Of a stretch of 64,000 nt of DNA, positions 26,531 to 34,904 are shown piece by piece (within the stretch, counting starts at the first letter, position 1; each line of letters begins with the position of its first letter). The notes under the pieces are model-generated. The model made no database searches. It was not told the DNA's origin and saw nothing but the letters and a program-made list of their open reading frames with translations. Source of the DNA: Rectinemataceae bacterium (GTDB taxonomy: Bacteria; Spirochaetota; Spirochaetia; Treponematales; Rectinemataceae); assembly GCA_049513895.1 (NCBI GenBank), contig JBEKVO010000005.1:13389-77388 (forward strand), given 5' to 3'. A program made the position numbers and the translations under genes.

Positions 26531-28141
26531 ATGAAGAAGCTAATCTTCGTGACGGGGGGCGTATGCTCCTCCCTCGGAAAGGGAGTGGCCGCCTCCTCGA
26601 TCGGCGCTCTCATGGAAGCGCGCGGGCTCTCCGTGCGCATGGTCAAGATCGACCCCTACCTCAACGTGGACGCGGGTACGATGAGTCCCTACCAGCACGG
26701 CGAGGTCTACGTGACCGACGACGGGGCGGAGACGGACCTCGACCTGGGCAATTACGGGCGTTACACGCACTCGCCGCTCTCCAAGGTAAACTCGATCACG
26801 ACGGGCCAGGTCTACCAGGCGGTGATCAACAAGGAGCGCGAGGGCCGCTATCTCGGGCGTACGGTCCAGGTGATCCCGCACATTACCGACGAGATCAAGA
26901 ATCGAGTGCTCGCGCCGGGAAAGGATCCTGAGGTCGACATAACGATCGTCGAGGTGGGCGGAACCGTCGGCGACATGGAGTCGATACCCTTCCTCGAGGC
27001 GGCGCGCCAGATAATCCACGAGGTGGGCAGGCAGAACGCGCTTTCGGTGCACGTTACCCTGGTGCCGGCCGTCTCGGGCGGCGAACTCAAGACCAAGCCC
27101 ACCCAGCATGCGGTCAAGGAATTGCAGGAGAACGGCATCCAACCCGACGCCCTGGTGATACGGAGCGCCGAGCCCATCGACGAGGGGATGCGCCGCAAGA
27201 TCGCGGGCTTCACGAACGTGGAGTTCGAGGGCGTGATCTCCGGTCACGACGCGAAGACGACCATCTACGAGCTCCCTCTTCTCTATCACTCTCAGGGCTT
27301 CGATACTTTTCTGCTCAAAAAGATGGGGATCGAGAGCCGGCATGCCGACCTCCGCGAGTGGATCGAGGTGGTGCGCAAGTACCGCGAGCCCAAGCGCCGG
27401 GTGCGGGTCGGGGTTGTGGGCAAGTACATGGATCTCAACGACTCGTACAAGTCGGTCTGGGAGGCTCTCTCCCACGGCGGAATCGCCAATGAGGCGGCCG
27501 TCGACGCGGTGAAGATAGACTCCGGTAAGCTGGAAGTCGAGGGTGCCGATATGGCCCAGGTCTTCGCCGACGTCGACGGGATTCTGGTGCCCGGCGGATA
27601 CGGTCAGCGCGGTTCCGCAGGCATGGTCAAGGCGGCGCGCTACGCCCGCGAGGCCAAGGTACCCTACTTCGGCATCTGTCTCGGAATGCAGATGATGGTC
27701 ATCGAATGGGCGCGAGACGTCCTCAAATGGGAAGACGCCGACTCTACCGAGTTCAACCAGGACAGCGCGCACGGCGTGATCAGCCTTCTGGAAGACCAGG
27801 TGGACGTGAAGAGCTACGGCGGCACGCAGCGCCTGGGCAAGAGCGAGAGCGTACTCAAGCCGGGAACGCTTATGCGCAAGATATACGGTACGGATTCCAT
27901 TTGGGAGAGGCACAGACACAGGTACGAGGTCTCCAACGCATTTCGGCCGGATCTCGAGAGGACGGGTCTCCTGATAACCGCACTGACGCCCGACGGCAGC
28001 CTCGTGGAGGCGGTCGAGTGGGCCGACCATCCCTGGGGCCTCGGTGTCCAGTGTCACCCCGAGTTCAAGTCGAGGCCGGTTCAGCCGGCGCCGATTTTTA
28101 AAAGCTTCATCGGGGCCTGCATCAAGAATGCCAAGAGCTGA
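26531..28141 (+). CDS. pyrG: CTP synthase
   Basis: MKKLIFVTGGVCSSLGKG start, GICLGMQ glutaminase Cys, full length. Confidence 0.95.
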   Translation: MKKLIFVTGGVCSSLGKGVAASSIGALMEARGLSVRMVKIDPYLNVDAGTMSPYQHGEVYVTDDGAETDLDLGNYGRYTHSPLSKVNSITTGQVYQAVINKEREGRYLGRTVQVIPHITDEIKNRVLAPGKDPEVDITIVEVGGTVGDMESIPFLEAARQIIHEVGRQNALSVHVTLVPAVSGGELKTKPTQHAVKELQENGIQPDALVIRSAEPIDEGMRRKIAGFTNVEFEGVISGHDAKTTIYELPLLYHSQGFDTFLLKKMGIESRHADLREWIEVVRKYREPKRRVRVGVVGKYMDLNDSYKSVWEALSHGGIANEAAVDAVKIDSGKLEVEGADMAQVFADVDGILVPGGYGQRGSAGMVKAARYAREAKVPYFGICLGMQMMVIEWARDVLKWEDADSTEFNQDSAHGVISLLEDQVDVKSYGGTQRLGKSESVLKPGTLMRKIYGTDSIWERHRHRYEVSNAFRPDLERTGLLITALTPDGSLVEAVEWADHPWGLGVQCHPEFKSRPVQPAPIFKSFIGACIKNAKS

Positions 28142-28748
28142 ACGCCGCCGTTCCGGCAGGGACGGCCGACGCGCCGCGGCATCGGTCACGGCAGTCGCCG
28201 TAGCGGCGACATTCTTTGCCGCCTGCAGCCTGGCGGGATATACCGCCCAGGCTCCAGAGCGCGAAGAAGAGTACCCCGTCGCCGTCTTCTCCGGCTACTC
28301 GCATACGGTCGTGGTCAGGGGTAAAAGGAATTTCGAGCTGAAAGCCGATAAGGCCGAGCTCTACGAAACGAGCAAGAAAACGATCCTCTCCGGCGTAAGC
28401 TTCTCGGAATACGATACGGATACGGGTGAGCTTCTCTCGCTCGGTCGAGCCGATGACGCGATCTATCATACGGACACGAAGGACGCCGAATTTTTCGGCA
28501 ACGTAAGGCTCGAATCGAAGAGGCAGGACGCCGTCCTCCAAGGCGAGTACCTTCGCTGGATAGACAAGGACAAGAGGCTCGAAGGGCGCTTGGACGGGAC
28601 GGTAACCATAAGCCGCGCGGATGGCTCCCAGGTGAGCGGGGCAGGCTTCGATGCCGATACGCGCAAGCGCACATTCGCCTTCCGCGAGAGCGTCGAAGGG
28701 CGGATCGAGTCCAAGGAAGAGCCCGATTCCACGGAAGAGCCCAAGTGA
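28128..28748 (+). CDS. lptC: LptC-like LPS export protein (lipobox FAAC)
   Basis: Position upstream of lptA/lptB, N-terminal anchor, beta-jellyroll-like repeats; start ATG 28128 overlaps pyrG end. Confidence 0.5.
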   Translation: MPRAERRRSGRDGRRAAASVTAVAVAATFFAACSLAGYTAQAPEREEEYPVAVFSGYSHTVVVRGKRNFELKADKAELYETSKKTILSGVSFSEYDTDTGELLSLGRADDAIYHTDTKDAEFFGNVRLESKRQDAVLQGEYLRWIDKDKRLEGRLDGTVTISRADGSQVSGAGFDADTRKRTFAFRESVEGRIESKEEPDSTEEPK

Positions 28749-29395
28749 GAACAAGGGCTCCGATCAGGCTGCTCCTGGCCGCCCTTCTCTGCGGCCCTTT
28801 TTTAGCGGAAGCCGCGAGCACGGAGCCCATTACCTTCAGCGCGGACGGCGTTCAGAGCAGCCTGGCGAAGGACAAGGAAAGAACCATCCTCACGGGCAAG
28901 GCGAGCGTAAAGACGGGTTCGATCTCCATCCTTGCCGACCGCATCGAGCTTTTCGGCAAAGACTTCACCTTCCTCGATTGCTCCGGCTCCGTTACGGTAG
29001 TGGATACCGAGCGGCAGATACGCCTCGAGGCACCCTCTCTTTATTACGACAGGACGAAAAAGCTCACGAGGGCGCAGGGGCCCTCGGTTCTGCAGGACGA
29101 CAGGAACAAGCTCGTGCTCAAGGCCGAGTGGATCGAGAGCGACGGCGAGAAGGAAATTACCCTGGCCGAGATCGCCGTACGCATACTCAAGGACAAGCTC
29201 GCCTGCCGTGCGGAATACGCCCTCTACCGGCGCAACGAGAACATCCTCGAGCTCACCGGGGCGCCCTCGGCCTATAAGGACGGGGATAAATACGAGGCCT
29301 CGAGGATAATCGTGAATACCGAGACGGAAGATATCCACCTCGAGGGCGAAGTCAAGGGAAGCGTTACGGACAAAAGCGCGAAGGGCGATAAGTGA
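28745..29395 (+). CDS. lptA: LptA/OstA-N domain periplasmic protein
   Basis: Signal peptide, ITFSADGVQSSLAKDKERTILTGKASV...ILADRIELF OstA-like repeats; GTGA overlap with lptC. Confidence 0.6.
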   Translation: MRTRAPIRLLLAALLCGPFLAEAASTEPITFSADGVQSSLAKDKERTILTGKASVKTGSISILADRIELFGKDFTFLDCSGSVTVVDTERQIRLEAPSLYYDRTKKLTRAQGPSVLQDDRNKLVLKAEWIESDGEKEITLAEIAVRILKDKLACRAEYALYRRNENILELTGAPSAYKDGDKYEASRIIVNTETEDIHLEGEVKGSVTDKSAKGDK

Positions 29396-30144
29396 TCGCG
29401 CAAACGGGCGAGGGCGGGACCCATATACTCGAGACTCACGGGCTTCGCAAGCTATACCGTAAAAAAGTGGCAGTGGGCGACGTCTCGTTCTCGATGTCGA
29501 CGGGCGAGGTCGTCGGTCTCCTCGGGCCGAACGGCGCTGGAAAAACTACCGTGTTCTACATGATCGTCGGCTTCATCAGGCCGACGGCGGGCAGAGTATC
29601 GATCGACCATCGCGAGATAGGCGCCTTGCCGATGTATAAGCGCGCGAGGCTGGGCATCGCCTACCTGCCCCAGGAGCCGTCGATCTTCCGGCGGCTTTCG
29701 GTCCAGGACAATATCCGTGCGGTATTGGAAACGAGGGCCGACATCTCGGAGCGCCGAAAGCGCGAACTCCTCGAGGAGCTCCTGGAGGAGTTCGGCATAA
29801 TGCGGCTGCGCCGGCAAAAAGCCTACACCCTCTCGGGGGGCGAGCGCCGCCGGACGGAAATCGCCCGCGCACTCGCCCTCGAGCCCAAATTCCTCCTCCT
29901 GGACGAGCCTTTCGCCGGAATAGACCCGATTGCGGTGCACGAAATCAAGAGCATCGTACGGAGGCTCTCCGAGGCGGGCATCGGAGTGCTCATCACCGAC
30001 CACAATGTGCGCGATACTTTGGAGATCACCCATAGGGCGCATATCATCAATCTCGGCGATATCGTCGTATCGGGGAACAGGGATGAAGTCCTGGCCTCCG
30101 AGACGGCGCGGAAGATCTACTTGGGAGAGGAATTCAGGATGTAG
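29392..30144 (+). CDS. lptB: LPS export ABC transporter ATP-binding protein
   Basis: GLLGPNGAGKTT, LSGGERRR, LLLDEPFAGIDP; GTGA overlap with lptA. Confidence 0.85.
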   Translation: MIAQTGEGGTHILETHGLRKLYRKKVAVGDVSFSMSTGEVVGLLGPNGAGKTTVFYMIVGFIRPTAGRVSIDHREIGALPMYKRARLGIAYLPQEPSIFRRLSVQDNIRAVLETRADISERRKRELLEELLEEFGIMRLRRQKAYTLSGGERRRTEIARALALEPKFLLLDEPFAGIDPIAVHEIKSIVRRLSEAGIGVLITDHNVRDTLEITHRAHIINLGDIVVSGNRDEVLASETARKIYLGEEFRM

Positions 30145-30340
30145 CGCTGCCGCGTATATTGACGCATTCAAGGTCGGGTTGGTATAGTTCCGGTCGGAAA
30201 GCCTCCGGGAGTCGTTCCCGTCTCAATTTTTGCCATAAAGTCGTCGCATATGTCGAGTTGACGACGGTCCTGGCTCGTGCTACATTTATCCTGCCCCGTT
30301 TGGGATTCTACATCACCACCAGTACACATACGGAAGACAG

Positions 30341-31132
30341 ATGCAGTATTTCGACACTCACGCCCACATCGGGCTTATTTACGATGACCCGATCGAACAA
30401 CTTTTGGTTTGCCAAGAGGCGAAGCAGGCCGGAGTCACGCGGATAGTCAGCATCTGCAACAGTCTCATGGACTTCAAGCAGGTCTACGATAATCTCAAGA
30501 CCATGGAGCACGTCTTCCACGCGGTCGGAGTCTCGCCATCCGAGGTCCAGAACCCCGGGAAAGACTGGCATCGCACCATCGAGGATGCGGTCAAGCTGCC
30601 TCGGGTCATAGCTCTTGGCGAAATAGGCCTCGACTACTACCATAAATTCGGCGATCGCAAGAGCCAAATCGAGCTCTTCATAGATCAGCTGGACTTCGCG
30701 GCGCGGCTTGACCTGCCGGTCATCGTGCATAACCGCGAGGCCGGCAAGGACGTCATAGACATCCTGAGGGACCGTCTGCCGCCCTCCGGCGGCGTTCTCC
30801 ACTGCTATTCCGAGGACGCCGACTACGCTCGCCGCGTGCTTGGCCTCGACCTCAACCTCTACTTTTCCTTCGCGGGCAATCTGACCTATCGCAATGCGCG
30901 GAACCTCCACGAGACCGTGGGGGTGCTGCCCCTGGAACGCATCCTTATCGAGAGCGAGGCGCCGTTCATGGTGCCCGCCGATTTCCGTGGAAAGCGCAAC
31001 AAGCCCGAATATTTGCCCTCAACCTGCGCCTTCCTCGCCGAGATCCTCGAGATGGATCCCGAGCTGGTGTCGCGGGCGATCTTCGAGAATGCCTGCAGGT
31101 TCTTCAAGCTGCCGGTCCCCGTCTGGAGTTGA
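30341..31132 (+). CDS. tatD: TatD family metal-dependent hydrolase
   Basis: MQYFDTHAHIG start, GEIGLDY, HCYS, ESEAPFM motifs. Confidence 0.85.
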   Translation: MQYFDTHAHIGLIYDDPIEQLLVCQEAKQAGVTRIVSICNSLMDFKQVYDNLKTMEHVFHAVGVSPSEVQNPGKDWHRTIEDAVKLPRVIALGEIGLDYYHKFGDRKSQIELFIDQLDFAARLDLPVIVHNREAGKDVIDILRDRLPPSGGVLHCYSEDADYARRVLGLDLNLYFSFAGNLTYRNARNLHETVGVLPLERILIESEAPFMVPADFRGKRNKPEYLPSTCAFLAEILEMDPELVSRAIFENACRFFKLPVPVWS

Positions 31133-31150
31133 CGGCCGAACGCGAAGAGG

Positions 31151-31262
31151 ACACGGAGATAAGGAGATCACGGAGAAAAGGGATATAGGGAATTTATAGA
31201 ATGGGAGAAGCGATTCTACTTTTTACCCTGATATCCCTCCGTGTTCTCCGTGATCTCCGTGT
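31151..31262. repeat. ~110-nt imperfect palindrome built from CACGGAGA-type units
   Basis: Left arm ACACGGAGATAAGGAGATCACGGAGAAAAGGGATATAGGG; right arm reverse-complements to ACACGGAGATCACGGAGAACACGGAGGGATATCAGGG. Confidence 0.6.
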
Positions 31263-31295
31263 AGAAATTTCAGATGATGTCTCAATAGGTGTATC

Positions 31296-32288
31296 GTGGA
31301 TTTGTATCACTCCGTGAAGGTCGGTAGCGTCGAGCTGCCCGGAAACATTTTCCTCGCGCCCGTGGCGGGCTACTCCGACGCGGCATTCCGTTCGGTATGC
31401 TTCGGTCTCGGAGCCGACCTATGCTACACCGAAATGGTGAGCTCGGAGGCGCTGACGCGGGGACACCCCAAGACTAAACTCCTTTTAGATAGGGCCGAGA
31501 ATGAGACGCGGTACGCGATTCAGCTTTTCGGCTCGCGGCCCGAGACGCTCGCGGCCGCCGCTCGTCTCGCGGCCGGGTACGGGCCCGCGCTTATTGACCT
31601 CAATTGCGGCTGCCCCGTGCCCAAGATAGTCAAGGCGGGGGCGGGTTCCGCCCTCATGAAGAAACCCGAGCTCATTCGGGATATCGTCGCGGCGATGGTG
31701 GAAGCTCTAGGGCCGAAGGGGCCCCCCGTTTCCGTGAAGATACGCTCGGGCTGGGACGAAGGCAGCCTGAACTACCGTGAGGCCGCGGACGCCGCCGTCG
31801 AGGGAGGGGCCTCCGCGGTGACCCTGCACGCCCGCACGCGGGCGCAGGGCTATGCGGGCGTGGCCGATTGGGGGCACATTCGCGACCTTGCCGCGCGCCT
31901 CCCGGTGCCCGTCTTCGGGTCGGGGGACGTGGCGGTCCCGGCCGACGCCGCCCGAATGATCGCCGAGACGCTCTGCGCCGGGGTGATGATCGCTCGCGGC
32001 GCGATGGGCTATCCTCACATTTTCCGCATGGCGAGGGCCGCGATGGAGGGTTCGGCCGGCGAGGCCCCAACAACCTTGGATCTCGTGGACGCCGCGAGGA
32101 GACACCTGGCTCTTTCCGCGCGCTTTCTCGGCGAAAGGACGGCCTGCGTCGAGTTCCGAAAGCAGTTCTGCTCTTATACGCGCGGCGCGCGTGGCGGGCC
32201 AAAACTGCGCGCGGCAGGCGTCAAGGCAGGCAGTCTCGACGATTTCGATGCCCTTTTCGAGGAATGGCTATCGGTCGCTTCTCACTGA
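31296..32288 (+). CDS. dusB: tRNA-dihydrouridine synthase
   Basis: LAPVAGYSDAAFR, IDLNCGCPVPKI catalytic Cys region; GTG start. Confidence 0.85.
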   Translation: MDLYHSVKVGSVELPGNIFLAPVAGYSDAAFRSVCFGLGADLCYTEMVSSEALTRGHPKTKLLLDRAENETRYAIQLFGSRPETLAAAARLAAGYGPALIDLNCGCPVPKIVKAGAGSALMKKPELIRDIVAAMVEALGPKGPPVSVKIRSGWDEGSLNYREAADAAVEGGASAVTLHARTRAQGYAGVADWGHIRDLAARLPVPVFGSGDVAVPADAARMIAETLCAGVMIARGAMGYPHIFRMARAAMEGSAGEAPTTLDLVDAARRHLALSARFLGERTACVEFRKQFCSYTRGARGGPKLRAAGVKAGSLDDFDALFEEWLSVASH

Positions 32289-33571
32289 CGGGAGCCGCGC
32301 TTTCGGAAATCCATTATCCGCTCGGACAGCGCACGCATCTTCTCGGAGAGGCCGTCGGGCCTGCCCGCGGTTGCCTCTTGCGCCCAGGGCGCCACTACGG
32401 CCGCTTCGAGGGCTGGCCAGTCGGCGGGCGCCGCGGCCGCGGGTGCGATGAGCAGGGCGGCCGGGGGAACGTGGCCGACGAGGGCGGGGAAGAAGTTCGG
32501 AAGTATCTCTTCGTTGACGGAGCGAAGCGAAGAGAAGCCGCCGACAATGCCAAAGGAGTAGTCGAGGGCGCGGACGCGGCGCGATCTTTCCAGGATGGCG
32601 CGCTGCGCCTCGCTTCCGAGGAGCCAGCGCAGGAAGGCCTCGGCGGTTTTTCGGCCAGGGGCGCCGTTGACGAGGCCGGCGCAGACGATGCCGTCGGAGA
32701 AGAGGACACTGCCGTTCCGCGAGAACCAGCGAAAATCGAGGTCGGTCCGCCTCTTCTCCGGGGTGAGGAAGAAGTCCGACGAGTCCATACCGGCATAGAG
32801 GGCGCGGCCTTCTTTTAAATAGCGATAGGGGGGGGCGAACAGGTACCGGAATTGGAAGTCGTCTTCGAGGGCGGCCGAGACGTTGGCGCGGGACACCCAA
32901 TCGATTATTTCTCCTAACGCGGATTCGAGCCCCGGCCCGTTCCACTCGGGCTCCTTGCCTTCCGGGAAGATCGCGCCGCCGGCCTCCAGGGCCGATATCA
33001 GAAAACGCCCGTCCCATCGCGGGGAGAAGCCCATCCGCGTATAGGCGCCCCCCTCTTTCCGGTTGAAAGCGGCGGAAGAACGGTACATGTCGGCCAGGGA
33101 AAGCGTGAAACCGTCGCCCACGGAAGGTGTGCCGCGCGCGAAGACGATCGCCGGTAGGTTGAAAGAGATCGGGAGCAGGATGCGCCTGCCCCTGATCTTC
33201 CCCATCTCGAGCAAGTCGGGATAGAAGGCTCCCTTTTTGATGCGGCCACCTCTGAGCAGATAATCGAGTGTCGCGAACCTATCGCTCGTGGACGAGTTCC
33301 CCAGATAACGACCGATGGCGAGGGCGGGCGGAATTTTCGCGGATCGGAGGGCTTCGGCCAGGTCGGGTTTCCAATGGAGCTCGACGGTACTCGAGCGCTC
33401 GCCGACCCGCCCGTTTGCGGGGGAGGCAGGCTGCGCATCGAAGAGCTCGACGGCGAGGGCGAGTTCGGGGACATCGGTCCAAATGACCGCGCTTCCCCCG
33501 GAGGAGCCGGAGCATGAGACGAGACTGGAGGCAAGAAATGCGGCGAGCAGGGCCGCCGCGATGCGTCGCAT
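32282..33571 (-). CDS. Lipoprotein, periplasmic solute-binding-protein-like
   Basis: MRRIAAALLAAFLASSLVSCSG lipobox; size and composition like family-1 extracellular solute-binding proteins; function tentative. Confidence 0.5.
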   Translation of the reverse strand: MRRIAAALLAAFLASSLVSCSGSSGGSAVIWTDVPELALAVELFDAQPASPANGRVGERSSTVELHWKPDLAEALRSAKIPPALAIGRYLGNSSTSDRFATLDYLLRGGRIKKGAFYPDLLEMGKIRGRRILLPISFNLPAIVFARGTPSVGDGFTLSLADMYRSSAAFNRKEGGAYTRMGFSPRWDGRFLISALEAGGAIFPEGKEPEWNGPGLESALGEIIDWVSRANVSAALEDDFQFRYLFAPPYRYLKEGRALYAGMDSSDFFLTPEKRRTDLDFRWFSRNGSVLFSDGIVCAGLVNGAPGRKTAEAFLRWLLGSEAQRAILERSRRVRALDYSFGIVGGFSSLRSVNEEILPNFFPALVGHVPPAALLIAPAAAAPADWPALEAAVVAPWAQEATAGRPDGLSEKMRALSERIMDFRKRGSRQ

Positions 33572-33699
33572 GATGGACGACGATAATCCGAGCGATGAGG
33601 TCGCGCAAGTATCGCGGACCTATAGCCAGCCCTTCCCTTGCAAGGCATGAACGGGCACCTGTAGCGGTTGTACATGAAGTGGGCTATAATTCGCTCTAC

Positions 33700-34185
33700 A
33701 TGCAGATCAACGATACTGAGATATTTACGGCCGTGGAAGGGATAGGCGAGCATTTTCGGAACAATATTTCCAACCGATTCACCCGCAACGGAATTTTCTC
33801 GATGTTCCTGGTTCCGGGAACCTGGAGCCTCATAGAGGAACTTACCGAGAAGGTTGAGAATTACCGCTATCAGGGCTATCACTTCGACGAGATATACGCC
33901 CAGATACTCGCGATGGCCAGATTCGTCCACCAGGCGAAGCGTGAACTTCTGCCGAACATTCGCTCCCTGGCCACCGGAGGCGGCGATCGCGTGGAAGCTT
34001 CGGATAAAGTCCTTCGTGATATGGCTATCACTAACTTCGGCCCCAATCTCAAGATACTCGCCGACAAGGTGAACGAACTCTACGTCAAGGTCGCAGCGAT
34101 CGACAGGGAGAACGCCGGGATCAAGAGCCCGGTTTTCAACCAGATACCCGAACTGAAAGAGATCGGACGCTACCTGGTGGAATGA
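33700..34185 (+). CDS. Hypothetical protein
   Basis: 161-aa ORF from ATG 33700; TATAAT (33685-33690) lies 9 nt upstream of the ATG. Confidence 0.5.
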   Translation: MQINDTEIFTAVEGIGEHFRNNISNRFTRNGIFSMFLVPGTWSLIEELTEKVENYRYQGYHFDEIYAQILAMARFVHQAKRELLPNIRSLATGGGDRVEASDKVLRDMAITNFGPNLKILADKVNELYVKVAAIDRENAGIKSPVFNQIPELKEIGRYLVE

Positions 34186-34201
34186 CCGTTATGTGCGCTT
34201 A

Positions 34202-34230
34202 TTGACAACGACCCGCCAATCGCGTATGTT
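34202..34230 (+). promoter_or_regulatory. Sigma70-like promoter TTGACA-17-TATGTT for the tRNA/SRP RNA array
   Basis: Hexamers and 17-nt spacer counted directly; 17 nt upstream of first tRNA. Confidence 0.5.
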
Positions 34231-34247
34231 TTGCTACCGCGTTTACT

Positions 34248-34332
34248 GGAGCGGTGTCCGAGGGGTTTAAGGAGGCGGTCTTGAAAACCGCTGTGCCGCA
34301 AGGCACCGAGGGTTCGAATCCCTCCTGCTCCG
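34248..34332 (+). tRNA. tRNA-Ser (anticodon UGA)
   Basis: Manual cloverleaf: acceptor GGAGCGG/CTGCTCC, anticodon arm GCGGT-CTTGAAA-ACCGC, long variable arm GTGCC..GGCAC, T-arm GAGGG-TTCGAAT-CCCTC. Confidence 0.9.
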
Positions 34333-34352
34333 CGACCGTATTTGTCTTAATT

Positions 34353-34440
<88 letters not shown>

Positions 34441-34444
34441 TCCC

Positions 34445-34518
34445 GAGGTTATAGCTCAGATGGATAGAGCATCAGATTGCGGATCTGAAGGTCGGTGGTT
34501 CGAATCCACTTAGCCTCA
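34445..34518 (+). tRNA. tRNA-Arg (anticodon GCG)
   Basis: Acceptor GAGGTTA/TAGCCTC, D-arm GCTC-AGATGGATA-GAGC, anticodon arm TCAGA-TTGCGGA-TCTGA, T-arm GGTGG-TTCGAAT-CCACT. Confidence 0.85.
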
Positions 34519-34527
34519 TCGCCCATT

Positions 34528-34614
34528 GGAGAGATGCGAGAGCGGTTGAATCGGGCGGTCTCGAAAACCGTTGAACCCGTAAGGGTTCCGGGGGTTCGAA
34601 TCCCCCTCTCTCCG
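34528..34614 (+). tRNA. tRNA-Ser (anticodon CGA)
   Basis: Acceptor GGAGAGA/TCTCTCC, anticodon arm GCGGT-CTCGAAA-ACCGT, long variable arm, T-arm GGGGG-TTCGAAT-CCCCC. Confidence 0.9.
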
Positions 34615-34642
34615 CTTAACTTCAAGTAAAAATCGCACACTT

Positions 34643-34729
34643 GGAGAGATGGCCGAGCGGTCGAAGGCGCACGATTGGAAGTCGTGTTTACTCGTAAGGG
34701 TAACTAGGGTTCAAATCCCTATCTCTCCG
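34643..34729 (+). tRNA. tRNA-Ser (anticodon GGA)
   Basis: Acceptor GGAGAGA/TCTCTCC, anticodon arm CACGA-TTGGAAG-TCGTG, long variable arm, T-arm TAGGG-TTCAAAT-CCCTA. Confidence 0.9.
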
Positions 34730-34744
34730 GATCGGCTTCCCGCT

Positions 34745-34867
34745 CTTCGAGCGCCCGAAGCCAGGCACTGCGCTCGTGGCCGCCGCCTAAACCCGCCAGG
34801 TCCGGAAGGAAGCAACGGTAAGCGGTAGGCGCGGTGATGCAGAGCGCCTGGCTTCGAGCGCTCGAAG
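34745..34867 (+). ncRNA. ffs: Signal recognition particle RNA, small (4.5S-type)
   Basis: Conserved domain IV motif CCAGGTCCGGAAGGAAGCA at 34796-34814 at the tip of a ~120-nt hairpin (CTTCGAGCGCCCGAAGCCAGGC... pairs with ...GCCTGGCTTCGAGCGCTCGAAG); sits upstream of dnaX as in Bacillus. Confidence 0.85.
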
Positions 34868-34904
34868 TCTTTACCGACACTCCTCCTTGTGCTATTTTCA
34901 TTCC

